Assembly (NCBI GenBank): GCA_009103225.1 | Contig: RHPI01002823.1 | Span: 381,104 to 445,103, forward strand | Length of the DNA stretch: 64,000 bases | Direction of reading: 5' to 3' | Source: Chlorokybus atmophyticus | Taxonomy: Eukaryota > Plantae > Mesostigma and Chlorokybus algae | In this document: positions 11,901-25,285 of the stretch, one piece after another | How the letters are laid out: each line of letters opens with the position of its first letter | How positions within the stretch are numbered: the stretch's first letter is position 1 | Position numbers and translations under genes: made by a program | The notes under the pieces: generated by a model | What the model was told of the DNA's origin: nothing | Database searches by the model: none | What the model saw: only the letters and a program-made list of their open reading frames with translations

Positions 11901-12395
11901 GCATGAGTAGCATTTGCATCCGGATGCTCCATGTCCCATAGTTATCCAGGTCCAGGGGTTCGATATTCACCTTGTCGTGGTTGGTCGCCATGCTTTCATT
12001 GCTAGCCTGCAATGAAGACGGCGCCTCCCCAAGCTATACCAGCTTGTGTGTGCTATGCTAGCGCTAGCGTGGGCTTATAACCTATTGAGAGATTGCACAA
12101 TAGCAACAATGCATACACACAAGTGTGGCGTCAACAAGTGAAGACCAGATCTTACTGTATTACACATTAAATAGTGTCTTATATAGTACACTAGTGAGTG
12201 CTAGTCAACACTAGTCAACACTAGTCACAGTCAAAGTCAACATTGACTAAGGTTGACCGTAACTCCCGTAACTCTCATAACAGCCGTTGACCATAACTCC
12301 CGTAACTCCTGAAGTTATCTTCAGGAGTTACGGGAGTTATATAAGTTGATTGTAGAAGTTTAGCTAAGGCGCCACCTACATAGGTACCTTTAACA
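8956..12395 (-). mobile_element. Old Ty1/Copia element, degenerate; RT truncated, RNase H absent
   Basis: gag with CHYCDKKGHLQRDC (11266-12012); LDSAC protease, GAG-pre-integrase and rve (9878-11197); RT start [25 protein letters not shown] (9256-9576). LTRs at 8956-9275 (truncated) and 12083-12395; PBS-like GGTTATAAGCCC at 12071-12082. Confidence 0.9.
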
Positions 12396-15151
12396 TTGAG
12401 TTGTTCCATGAGGGCTTACAGTGTTCACGCACGATAAAGGGTTTGCAGTACGGCACGGAGCTACCCGGGCTGCCCATAGCTATTGTATGCGCGGGAGTCA
12501 CATAAGGCCCCCCACTAGTCCCACTTAATTGCATAAGACGACCCTACAATGGCTAGACCCCGCACCATATTTGTACAACCTCATATAGCGGGGTCTTGTC
12601 TCTTCCTTTTGCTAGCACTATAGATGAGTTTGTTAGCGGGCTTGTGCATAAGTGCAAGTATTATAATGAGCTAAAGACATTACATGTCAACCACAATGGT
12701 CAAGCATTGTCGTATGCTGGTAAACAATACATTTATGCTTAGTGTATAGGCCTCTAAATCAAACAAGGCCAGGTCATTTTTAACAACGTATCCGACGTCT
12801 CAATTTGTAACAGCAACTGACCGACTTTATGAAGAAATAGCAGCAATTGTGGTAATAAGGAAACGTGTTTAAAGTACGACCTGTATATGTGCCCAATGAC
12901 TCATCTTCCACTGTGTGTAACGCTGCTCACACTCATTCTATTAGTATTGGGGTCATAACAACAATCTTGACCTCATTGTCTTCACCTAATTGTTTGTTTC
13001 ATATTCACTTGCTTACCTCATCATTTTCAGAATGCATTATACACCTAATCAATATGCATTTTTTTCCATAACACGAAAATGCATCTCTGCAGCAAAAGAA
13101 GCTCAGCCTATTCCATATGTTGCAGATTAAGGCTTGATCTGCGTCAGATGGCACAAGTTTGGTCGCTGGCCCCCTCTGGTTGAGTATTTGCGCTTGCTCG
13201 GCGCAGGTGTAACCAACCATGACACTTCATGAATAATGGGGATGCATTAGCCATTTTATCATACAGCAATAGCAAATCATTGCAACTCCATGCAGGCACT
13301 ACACCCATTAATTGCACATCTATCAAGTTGCATGCACATTCATTTTGTTAATGCTTGTAATATTTGCAATTATACAATAGCTTAATGGTGTGACCACACA
13401 CAGGTTTTGTGCTCGTGTAGTGTATTAGTAGTTTACGTTTAAAACCACTGTACACAAGTTACTTGCAAGTTTAGAACATATATTGTGCAACTCACACATT
13501 GCCATAGCTATCCCTATTATCAAAGGTTCTATGCGAACTTTCGATGGTGCTGCCTCCTCAAAATAAGCCCACACATATATGCAACCTCGTCTTGCAACTT
13601 GGTCTGCACGCCAACACAGTGTATCCATGCATAATTATTGGCATTCTCGCATGCTATCACTAAGTTGCAAGTGCAATTACAATGATCATGGCATTGAAGG
13701 ACATGCACACCTTTTCGCATTCAAAGACCTCATGCGCAATGCGCCTCCTTGCTGCTTCTCCTCGCATGCCTCTTAATTTACTCTTTGCAAATGCGACGTC
13801 TATACACATTACCATGTTGCAATGCCATGTTGTCTACTTTTGTACACCCTAAACATGGCCCATGTTCAACTTGATGTGTATAGTCACAACCTGATTGCGC
13901 GTCACAATTTGGTTGTGACTCTACACACGCTATTTCAATGAAAGCCTCTCATTGTGCCGGGCTTGTATAAACCTTTTTAAGGGTGTTGTGTTGTGCATTT
14001 ACATCAAAGCGTGAATCTCAATAGTTGGGGACGGCCCATCCCAATGCACGCATGGACTTCAATACAACAAGCCTGGCGTTCATAGCCTTGCGCCACACCT
14101 GTCAACCGCAATGCATGTATGTATACTTGTGCACAATGTTGCACGTGCGCGCGCTTATACATGCGCAATTGCATGCGTGTGCGTGAGCGCGCATGCGCAT
14201 GCTTGTGTTGCAATGATAATGTGATGTGGTGTGAGCATATGTGATCCAGCTCAGCATGCGTGCTCAGTGATGTGCCATGTGAACGCATGCACGTTCCTGC
14301 ATATCATTGTCATCAACAAAAAGATAGATTCATTATTAGCCTTATGAAGTGCTGACTGTAGCTTCTTTACGGGATTGGCTTATAGCCAATCACTGGTTCC
14401 GCCACAAGTTGACAACCGCAAGAAAGCTGTTTTAAAGACAGTGCAAGCACACCTCATGGTTCAAATAGACAATGCCACTGTCAAAGCTCATATATGGAGC
14501 GCAATCATTTGTGGTAATCGTTTAACTGTTGCCTCTGCACAGTGCTAGGACATAAATGGCATTGCCGCGCCAATTTCAATCTTGCCCTGCCAAATCGATC
14601 TCAATAACTCTTATAACATGTTAATACTAAATTGAGTGGCTTTGAATAATATTCTTGTGGCCCATTGTATTTGCAGTAATGTTATTGTCGTAGTCATATC
14701 ATCATGGGAATCACTGTCCTGCTTAAGGTCACCTTACAAGTGCAAGGGCCAGGAACGGGGCTGTTGAAGCGGTGGGTTGCACAATATGTCGCAACCATCC
14801 ACAACACTACTAAATCCACCATACCCCGTTGCCCTCATTGCCGACAAAGCTTCGATATAGGATAAGCGCGAACATGTGAGGACTTGCCCACATGCAATAC
14901 ATAATGCTTACACAACACCTGTAATTATTGTTGCTATGGATACAATATAATAAATACAATAATAATACATTATAGTTGTTAAATGTTGTTGATAGTTGCG
15001 TGAATAAGCATATGCCATAAATAGGCCTTATCTATGGCATGCAAACACAAACCCTACTTTATAGCGGTTGAGTGGCTTGCAACATCAAGCAATGCACGAG
15101 CATGAGTGTGGCAACGAATGCAGCTTTCAGATCCTACCAAAGGTTATGGGT

Positions 15152-15476
15152 TGTTAAAGTTATATACATAGGCAGCGCCTATATGTAGTTCGTACAGTCA
15201 GCTTAACCTTTATAGTTACGGGAGTTACGAGAGCTTCGAGATGTCGACTTCAACCATTGACTTTAACCATTGACTAGTGTTAATTTTGACCATAGTGGAT
15301 TACTGTTCACCAGTGTTTAGTAGCATATGACATAAAACACTGTATACTGCTTAATATAGTTGGTCGCCCACTGTCTGCGAAATTGGTGTGCTTGCAGCAC
15401 TTGTCATTAGTGTGTGCACACTTGTATGTGAGAGGCGCGTATACACACACTAGGCGCATCACTAGTTTTTAATACA
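15152..15476 (+). repeat. Isolated Copia LTR copy, inverted relative to 8956-9275
   Basis: Reverse complement matches 8956-9275 (cacacttgtatg, cttaacctttatagttacgggagttacgagag, ataggc.gcgcct). No TSD found. Confidence 0.8.
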
Positions 15477-15996
15477 TTGACATTTGCATTTTTGTTCTAA
15501 TTGTGGCTATTGCTTTATCACTTCTATCATGTTGCTGTTGCAATAGGCAACATTGCAGCGGCACCTCAAATAGTTCATGACATTGGTGTCACCGCCAATG
15601 TGCGTCCTGTTGCAATTATGCTATTATTAATTGGTTAATAGACCTCGCTACCGCTACTTAAAACTGAGCTTGCATTGGGCCCCTGCCATTGGCCCCTTGA
15701 TACAAAAATAGAAGATTATTGCATGTTTGCTGATAAGGGTATCCACTTACGCAGGTTAGCGCATGTGTGGCAAAGCTTATGGAATAAAGCTCTGTGCGTG
15801 TGAACAATTGCTCAGTCAAATGCACGTCAGGCTTGTGATAGCACTTCATTCCGCATGCATGGCAAAGCTCATTGGTACAATGCTTGCATAAACAACACCA
15901 TCAAGTGATGCATGCACATTACAACATGGTAGTGCTATGCAGTATGCATGCTACGCGGCTCATAACTAGCTTAGCACACCATTATGGGGTGCATCC

Positions 15997-16620
15997 CGTT
16001 AGGCCTATAAGGCTGGTAACAGTTATTCTCTGTCCCTTACTTGTGTTAGGAAGAAGGGACCAAATGGGAATTTCCATTTACGCGTGTGTAAGTGCTTATG
16101 GCGTGTGCTCTCATGCAATTCGTTCTTGAGCCTACAAGGTCTTGAGTTGATTAACACATGGCATTAACGAGGGCTAGCATAGAGCTGGTCAATGCCTATG
16201 GTGCATGAGCGTTACATAGTGTACTGCGAGTTGCTATAGAAAGTGGCAGTTGCAAGGTTGTAAGCTGAGTTGGCAAGCCACATCATCTGTGCTATGGCAG
16301 TGCAATTTGCTACAGGCATGACAAGTCGCAAGGCAAGTGGTGCATGTGGGCAATTCGCAAATACATGTGTATGAGGGGAGCCCGAGTTTGTGACTTCAAG
16401 GTAGAATCGTTGTTCCTATAAGAGTCCGAGGTGGTTTGATACTCCCGAGGTGGAGTTTGTTGATTCCCATGCTTGAACAAGGTCAACACATGGTGACAAG
16501 GCCGTAGTGGCCTTGAACATTGTGTGCCAGGTTGGGAGAGCAGCATGTGGTATGAATGCTATGTTGCATCCTTACATAGGGATTGGATCAGTATTGATCA
16601 AGACATTTGTGTGTGTTTGC
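15997..16620 (+). repeat. 5' two-thirds of a chromovirus-family LTR
   Basis: Matches the reverse complement of 1560-2163 (gcctataaggctgg..attctctgtcccttactt; tgtgtgccaggt.gggagagc; cctta.atagggattgg). Stops at a (TG)n tract. Confidence 0.75.
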
Positions 16621-19180
16621 CTTACAAAAGGGTCACTTCCATCTAGAATGTTATAAGGCGTTGAATCTTTATTTGTAAGCGCTGCATAAGTACATGTGAT
16701 TTTAAAATCACTCTACAACGTTTTTTTACAATAATGTCTTAGAATGTGCGTAGATAAATCTATTGTGGGGTAGTGATAAACATTATGATTTCAATTACAC
16801 TTTATTGACGCTGATGCACCACTTTATACTTCAATGAAACTCGTTGCGGCAATTCATGCTTATAACTAAATGGTCTGCAGGCAGCATACATGCATTCAAG
16901 TAAACAGTTGCAAATAATTAGGCCATTATATTATGTGAGATTAGTCTGCCGCCAATTAATTACCAATTGCTACTCATTTATTGATCATAGTAAGCACCTT
17001 GGCGGAAGCTACTATAAATAGTATGAGACTAGGCGTGAGTTGTTAGTCACAAGCTGCTTATCTATTTGCTTGAAACCCTAGCACGGCGGCGCCATCCTTG
17101 GTGTGGGTGGCGAGTATATAAGCTCATGAAGCGCATGAAATGCGCGCCCATGAACTCAAGAGCTCATTAATGAGTTATGAGACTCTTGTGCCCCTAGTGC
17201 CTTGGGCACTTGGGGCACAAGCACTCCAGATGTGAATTGTGAGTCACAAGCTCCTTATCTAGTCGCTTAAAACCTTAGCGCGGCGGCGCCATCCTTAGCG
17301 AGGGTGGCGCGTGTGGTGAGAAGGTGTAGACGGAGGCGGCCCTCCACCATGGTCATATGGTCACAAGCGAGTGCCCACGATAATGGAGAGGAGGTGGCGG
17401 CCACGGCGGCGGCGGCGTTGCTAGCCGCCAATCGCTTGTCGCGGCCTAAGAGTCCGCATTGTGAGGTGGAGGAGGGAGGGGTGCGCCCCGCCGGCGGTGG
17501 GAGAGAAGAGGAGGTAAATAAGGAGGGTGGTGGTGGAGGCAAGGATGAGGAGTCGGATGAGGAATTTCGCCCAAAGTGCCAAAAGCGGGCTCCAAGTTCA
17601 AGTCGCTCTACCACCCCGTTCATGATGTCCGTCGAGGACATGGCGAGGAGGTTGGAAGTGTTAGAGGCGGAGAACATTCGTGTACAGTGTGGGAAGGCGT
17701 CCGCCATCCCTCATGACGAGCTCGGTCACGAGCCCAACCACCCCCTACTTGTGAGCATCCTTTGTCGCGATAATGGCGATTCCACCAACCCCAACGCTTG
17801 AGTGGGAGCCATGGCCACCCGCATCAGCGAGACCGCTACCCCTTGAAAGAACAACTTGAAGCAGCGGGCTCGACAATACCTCGAAGTGGCGGCTTATTTC
17901 GGCTCGGCGGCATCCTCCTTCGCCCGAGTGCCCACGCACCCTGCCGAGGACCCCCACTTGCCAAAGGCCGAAAGGAGAACATGACAGGTGGGCTCATTCT
18001 CTGTTGCGCACCGCCATATGCACGCACACGTAGGCACACGGTCATGTGGGTGCGGACTTCGCCCATGCACGCTTGCAAATTCGTGCATTATGGGCCTTAT
18101 GAAGGCGCCAGCCCGTATAGCTACACACTCATTCCATTAGCTACATGTGTTCCGCATTCCTCCTCCCCCCATATCCGGAGGGGGGGGGAGGGGCCCGCAC
18201 TTAACACCATTGTATGTTCACCTCTGTATTCACAGTATGACTACCCCACAGCAAGGGAACGAGCACAACAGGGCACAACATCTGCATTTGCATGCGCATA
18301 TGCACATGATAGGTATGGGAATAGATTGGGGTGGCGCTTGGCGCTAGACCCGGCTTTGAGCCCGTAGAAACATGCTACGCGTGTTGCTCATGTGTGCTCT
18401 GTGCGCAGCATTTAATGAGGTGTGTAAGCCGCCCACTATGTGGAAGTGGCCAACAAGCATGATTGAAAGGTCACAGATGAGCTGGTGCGCAACCTTCTCG
18501 CCGTGGATGATGATGAGGCAAAGCGCCTGAAGAAAGCGTTGAAGGATGTGGCTGCGGCGCAGCCTAAGCCCAAGGCAAAGCCTGCCTACCATCTCAACAA
18601 GGGGCGGGGCTAGTACCCCCCCGCTACTCTGGGTCCTATGTATCGGATGCGGGGCAGACCAGCTACCGGACCGCTCATATGCAGTCTCAGGCAGCTTCTA
18701 CTGGGGGCCAGCGGGATGTCGGCACCTGCTACAGTTGTGGGAAGCCCGAGCACCGGCGTGTGTATTGCCGTGAGCCTGCAGGGCGTGGGGGCTATTAGCT
18801 CTCATAGCAGCCCCATAGCTGTGTCGCGACAGCCTAGTAGCTGTGCACTTATGCGCATGTATTGACTGTACTTGCTTTTTACGTTTCAAGTGACCCTTGA
18901 CTGGATTGAAACTTTGAGTTCATGATTATGACACAGTGACGCTCCCGTAGACCCCAAGAACCTGCAATTTGAACACGGTTTGCTATGGTTGCAACGTGTT
19001 TGGCTCGTAACTTTCGTTTGAGGCCCTGGCCAGACGACGTTTCTTTCTTTCTTTATGCGGAGAGCCGATCTTCGCATTAAGCGCTGAGAAACGCTTCCTC
19101 TTGGCACCTTCAACGTCCCCATCGGACATCGTTTGCAAAATTTATGACCGTGCCAAGATGAGAGTACATGCACTCACTTC

Positions 19181-21224
19181 TTGCACATACGCGGTGCAGA
19201 AACGGTGGCAGCGTGCACGGTGGCACTTGAATACACTTCATTTGAGTCAGAGTTGGTGGAGGACCGGATGAAACACCGTGAGTTTGCACGAGCACCTAGC
19301 AATCTGGTGGTGGAAGGCCCATACATGAGGCACAGCTTACCGGGCCCTACAAGCATGGCAGCAATTTTGTGAGTCTACCATCGTGCTCTCGTGGGTGGAG
19401 TACGGGTAAAAGCTACCATGGGCGACTGACCCACCCCCCGAATGGGCATTCACCAACCACAAGGGTGTGCATGAGTTTGCGGACTTTACTGCGGCTACCA
19501 TCGCCAACCTAGTGCATAGTGGGGACGCACAAGAGTGTGTGACACCCCCCCTCGTGGTGAGCCCACTCAACGTGGTCGATGATGGCCACAAGCTGCGCCT
19601 CATCATGGACTTGCGCTATGTTAACTCCTACTTGGTGAACACGCCGTTCAAGTATGAGGATGTGCGCAGCATTCCAGACTTGCTGCAGCCCGAGAACTGG
19701 TTGTTCTCAACGGACTTGAAGTCCGGATACCATGATGTAGACATACACCCCGCCTTTTGAGGCTACTTGGGGTTCACCTTGGTGGGCAAAGTGTACAACT
19801 TTTGCTCGTTGCCGTTTGGGTTGAGCACAGCTTGCTGCGTATTCACCAAGGTGATGAAGCAACTAGTGCACCGTTGGCGTGTACAAGGCATCCGTGTCCT
19901 GCCATACATTGACGATTTCCTGTTTGCTGCTCGCTCCAAGGCACAAACGGTGTTCAGTCCGGTGCGCATGCCTCCACCCTGGCCGTGGTGAAAACAGATG
20001 CAGCATGGTGCGGTGTGGTAATCAATGCCAAGGCGCAAACGGTGTTCAGTCCGGTGATTGTGTTCTTGGGCTTTGTGTGGGATACACACGCTGGCGTGGT
20101 ACGTGTTCCCGGCAAGAAGAGGGATGGTTTCCTTAGAGATTTGCAGCGTGCTTTTGGTGATATGCGCCATGTCCCAGTGAAGTTGCTGGCCAGGATTTGT
20201 GGCAAGCTACAATCCATGTTCCTAGTGTTGGGGCCTTCAGTCAAACTCACGACTTGGCATACACGCCACTTGTTTGAGACGCGCCGCTCCTGGAATTCAC
20301 ACATGATGCTGCGCAAAGCGGAGATTGATGAGTTGATGTGGTTGCGAGACCACTTCAAAGAGCTGAACATGACACCTATATGGCCAAAAGTGCAGCTGGA
20401 CATAGTGCAGTTGGTGGATGCTAGCGGCACTGGTTGGGGACTAGTGCGCCATGGCACAGCTACCCCCGTGGCGAAAGGCACATTTACACCGGTTGAGTGC
20501 TTGACTTCATCAACATGTCGCGAGCTACTCGGACTTGAGCGTGCCCTACTCACTGTGGAGGAGGAGCTACATGGACGCACAGTGCTGTGCTATGGCGATA
20601 CCCGTAATGTTTACAACATTATGCGCAAAGGGGGCAGTGAGGCCAAGCACTTGCAGCAAGTGGCATGCCGTATTTTCTTACATTGCCACCGGCATTGCAT
20701 CCGCTTGCATGTGAAGTGGTTACCACGTGAGCTCAATAAGGAGGCGAACGCGCTCTCCAAAGCACCGGATTACAACGGTTGGACGTTGCAAACCCCATGG
20801 GTCCGCTTGCTCGCCCGCAAGTGGGCCCCCTTTAATGTAGACCGCTTCGCCACGGATGCCAACACCGTGTGTGGCCTCTAACGCGGTGTTGCCATGTCCG
20901 GGTTAATCCGGCAATGCCTTTCACTCTGACTGAAGTGGTTGCAACAACTGGTGCCATCCCCCACCACACAGGGATGGCACTGTCTTGCGCCATGCCCGCG
21001 AATGCAAGGCTCGCATGTGCCTCATTGTGCCCGAGTGGACAACCCAACCTTGGTGGCCCGTGCTTTGCCCCGGCGGGGTGTGGGCACTATCTGTCACAGA
21101 TGTTGTAAGCCTACCCAGAGGCCCGGCCTGCTTGTGGCCTAGCCCTCAAGCCACGGAACTTCAAGGGGGCTTGCCCAGTAGTTGCATGTGGGCATTGTGG
21201 ATTGACTTAAGTCTTGGCCATTGA
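19181..21224 (+). pseudogene. DIRS pol: RT, RNase H and Dam-like MT domain, with stops and frameshifts
   Basis: ORFs 19181..19372, 19467..19760, 19767..19991, 19985..20881 and 20985..21224. MT motifs VDRFATDAN, NNWCHPP and CLIVPEWTTQPWWP. Confidence 0.9.
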
Positions 21225-21249
21225 CACATGCTGTGTGCATCTGCTATTG

Positions 21250-22284
21250 AGCGTAGCCTACGGTCGCTCATGCCCACCGTCCCTGGAAACTATGAGATTG
21301 AGCGCCTATGCACCTTATACCCGGCAGTGGCAACGGCGTTACGTGCTACTAGCACCCTCCGCGGCCATGAGGGCTACTGGCGCCGCTTTGTGTAGTTCTG
21401 CACGTAACGTGTGATTGGGCTGCCCTACCAGCAGACCCTGACACAGTGGCTCTTGTCCTAAGCAAGGTGTTGGCGGATTCCACCACCCCGGCACCTATGA
21501 AACATGCCTCTTCGGCCATACATGCTGCGCATGCCATGGCAGGCCAGGCCTCTCCCACTGCGCATGCACTCGTTGCAGTGATTCGTGAGGCCGCTGCCAG
21601 GTTGCTGCCCTTGAACACACGGAAGAAGGACGCCTACACGCCTGAGCTCTTGCGAGCCATGATCTCGCACTTTGCTCGTAATGGGTGGGACTTGGTGGCC
21701 AGGTTGCCAACGGTGACGGTGCTGCTGAGATTTGCGGGTATGATGTATTCTGATCTGGCGGAGGTCAATGCGCCGGACTTTATTTTTCGCCTAGGCCGTA
21801 TGGATCTCGTCATCCCGCGCAGCAACACCAATCGACACGATGTGGGCGCCACAGTGCACATAGCTGCTGTGGGCGGTGCCTTATGCACGGTGATGCACAC
21901 TGAGAAATTGTTATTTGCCTCGGGATATCGGCACGCGGGACCAGGCAAGTTGGTACGCTCCATCATCCAAGCGGGGGGAACGTGCGTCATACACAACGCT
22001 GTGGTGCCATACGGCACTATCCTTGGTTGGAGAAGGCAGCCATTAAGGCGGCAGGGGAGGACCCCATGCATTTTAGCACACACTCTGCTCATTTGAGAGC
22101 TGCGACCCAAGCCGTGAAGGCTGGTGTGCCCCAACACCAGTGGCAGCAGTTTGGGCGTTGGAAGTCTGCTACTGCAGCTGAGGGCTATGTGCGCGCAGCG
22201 TTGCCTGAGTTGCACACACTGACGAGGAGCCTCGGCTTGGGTGGTACATGCTCTCATTATTTTTATCCATCTATCGACCCATAG
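21250..22284 (+). pseudogene. DIRS tyrosine recombinase, frameshifted
   Basis: FAGMMYSDL (R-box, degenerate), LVIPRSNTN (K), FSTHSAHLRAAT (H-x-x-R) and QFGRWKSATAAEGYVR (H/W...Y). Confidence 0.9.
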
Positions 22285-23495
22285 CGACCCCCCAGCATGA
22301 GCTATATGTCTCATATAACTCGTGTGTGAGTTATATGAGCTCATGAAGCGCATGAAATGCGCGCCCATGAACTCATGAACTCGTCAATGAGTAATGAGAC
22401 TCTTGTGCCCCTAGTGCCTTGGGGGCACAAGCACTCACCAGATGTGAGTTGTGAGTCACAAGCTCCTTATCTAGTCGCTTGAAACCCTTGTGCGGCGGCG
22501 CCATCCTTGGCGAGGGTGGTATACTTTGCAGGTGTACAGGCTTCTCAGGCTTTAACCTCGGCGTCGGCAGCAGTGGCACTATCGATGAGTCAAAGACCGA
22601 AGAAGCGCGTGACTTTCGCACCTGGCGTCAAGAAGTAGATCCCGTAGTTGTAGCCTTGCGCCCTAGTGCAAACTTGTGTATAGATCAACCTATATATGTA
22701 CACTTGTACATTTGTATTGTAATGCACTTGGGTGCTGGGCATAGCCACCATGTTATCGACCCATAGCGACCCCCAACATGAGCTGTGTGTCGCAGATAAC
22801 TCGTTTGTGAGTTGTGTGGTTTAATTTGCAGGTGTACAGGCTTCTCAGGCTCTGACCTAGGCGTCGGCAGCAAGGGCGCCATTGACAAGTCGAAGACCGT
22901 GGAAGCGAGTGACTTTCGCACCTGATGTGACGAAGCAGTAGTTCCCATCGTTGTAGCCTAGCACCCTAGTGCAGACCGCGTGTATAGATTAGCCTATGTC
23001 TGTACACTTTCGCTGTTGTATTGTACCGCACTTGGGTGCTGGGCGTAACCATTGTGCTTTCGACCCATAGTGACCCCCCAACATGAGCTGTGAGTTGCAT
23101 ATAACTCGTGCGTGAGTTTTGAATTACGTAACTAGCTACTACGAATACTTTGCTAATACCAATTTTTAGCGACTACAACAACATCTGCATTACTACGCTA
23201 GCCAACCTGAATACATTAGCAATATCAGCGCCAGCGCCAGCCCCCGCAACCACAGCCGACCCTTGCAAGCAGCGCCGTCAGGCCCTACGCCCCAGGTGCA
23301 GCACCATCGCCAGTATCAAGGGGGAGTGCCCCTCCTCCCTTAAATCCCCTACCCCAACACCACCACCAACCACGCCGATGCCGCTGCCGTGGCAGCTGCC
23401 AGAGTAACAAATGCTCTGGCGATGGCGGTCGCTGCGTTAACAGCGCCATACGGCTGATATCAGCATAAGTCTCATGCCAATATCAGTTCTTTGTT

Positions 23496-25285
23496 GTAAC
23501 ACTACATTAGGGCATTAACACTAGGTAATTGGCCTTAGTATGTCTTGATTGGTTGTATAATCCCATTGGGACCCTTATATAGTCTTAAATAAGGGCGGGA
23601 AACCTCTATGGAGGGTAGCACTCCGTTAGATTCCCCCCTACTTTGATTTTCATGATGTAAATTGAAGGGTTTGCAAAGCGCCACCATGAGTAAAGCAACA
23701 AAAGTAGTGAGAGATGCAGGGCCGAAGCGGTAAAAACGTCTGCCATCACCCCTTTACCATTCGCACGTGAACACAGTACTCCAGTATTCCCGAAAAATTC
23801 CAACTGTTGGTAAGATTCCTTTTGAACTCCCATGTATTGTGCTCAACACCATACCCTTTCCATTTTAACAAGTACAACGGCGCGTTCGCGGTGAGGCTTA
23901 TGGTGAGTCAGAATTACTTCCACCTCATACTCAAAAGTATTGTCGCCATCCGTTGCAACGAGGGGTGGAGGAGGTTACGCTCGACCTTTAAAGCGGTATG
24001 GTTCAGTACGTTCATATGAAACACATTATGAATGCGTAACAAGTTTGGCAAGTCCAAATGATAAGCATGAGTGCCAACCCAATCAATCACGCTGAAAGGG
24101 CCTATCCAGCAAGGGCAGAACATGTGGATACCCACTCCCTTGATGGATATATTTTTGGTGTTAAAATTATTGAACAGCCCACATTGTAATAGGCCTTTTT
24201 ATAGTGTGCATCAGCATGGGCTGTTTGTATATCTTGCAGTGCGCACAGACTGTCTGTTGCCAATGCTAACGTATCCTGCATGGTCAAAGCTATTTCGCGA
24301 TGCAGGTGCGCGAGTACTTTTATAGTGGGCAACTTGTTATTCGCAGGACTTAATGGACGCACTTCGTAACTTCTAAAAAAACGGAGTTTCTTGCACACTC
24401 TCTTGCCAGGCATCGTTCAATGCAAACTCAGCCTTTGGGATAGATATCCCAATCACGTCAGTTCGAATGCACATCATGCCGGATGGTTTCCTCAATCACT
24501 TGATTAGCACGCTCTGCCTGCCCATTTGTCTGCGGATGATAATCTGTGCCCGTGTTTGAATTGAATGTGCAAGAAGCTGCATAGCAACTTCTCACACTAA
24601 GTTACAAAGCGCAAATTGAGATTGGATATCATGTTGCGAGGCAAGTTAACGCAACTTAAACGCAGACATGACAAAAACCATCGCCAACTTATGGGAGCCT
24701 GTTTCCATGCGACAAGGGATAATGTGAACCATTTGTACTTAACGGTCTACTAAGATTGCAATTGTATGACCTAATGCTGTCTTTAAGAGCTTAATAATAA
24801 GGTCAATACACACACTTTCCCATTTGCCATAAGCAATAGGCAAAGATTACAGTAACCTAGCGGGTTTTTGACATAATAACTTGTCATGTTGCAATTCGTA
24901 ACACGTGTCAATATAATGCTTATGTCAACAGGCAACAATGGCCACCAGTGCAGTTGTCGCGCTACTTTAGCCGTCTTGTAATTGTGAAATTGCCTAGCAT
25001 AAGGTGGATCGTATACATCAGCTATGCATGTTATGTGCAGTCCATCATGGTCAGGTATCACCAAAGTGGCGCCCATGTAATACAAGTTGTCTTGTGTGTC
25101 AAGTTTTGTACATTCTCTTCCCTTTACAACAATGAGTCTAAGGCATTCCCATGTAAATTAGCTTGCACAGACTCATTAGGAGTGGGCAACGTACCTTGCG
25201 TTGCACGCACTGGCGCGCGAATCACTACCAATAACGATGGACAGCGACTCAGAGTATCGGCCACATTGGTCCTACCAGGCTGACA
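23496..25285 (-). mobile_element. Highly degenerate chromovirus remnant (RNase H end, integrase, chromodomain, PPT, possible short LTR)
   Basis: QPGRTNVADTLSRCP (~25240-25285); LVIPD..D.PYA..KT..WWP zinc-binding region (24783-25085); WIGPF..AYHLDLP..IHNVFH (23914-24135); FEYEVEVIL..LKWKGYGVEHNTWE (~23800-23950); PPT GTAGGGGGGAA near 23632-23642. Confidence 0.8.

Larger units (their letters stand above)
17033..23118 (+). mobile_element. DIRS-order (tyrosine recombinase) retrotransposon with split direct repeats, degenerate
   Basis: gag (17.3-18.8 kb); RT with TDLKSGYH and YIDDFL; RNase H with DASGTGWG and WLPRELN; MT domain; YR. Repeat A at 17117-17307 and 22334-22519; repeat B at ~22270-22333, 22755-22815 and 23061-23118. 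Confidence 0.92.

Noticed and set aside
15141-15151. PBS-like AGGTTATGGGT just before an LTR (similar 8/11 stub at 9276-9286), hinting at PBS-targeted insertion
   Set aside because: The match is too short, and no upstream LTR end precedes either stub.
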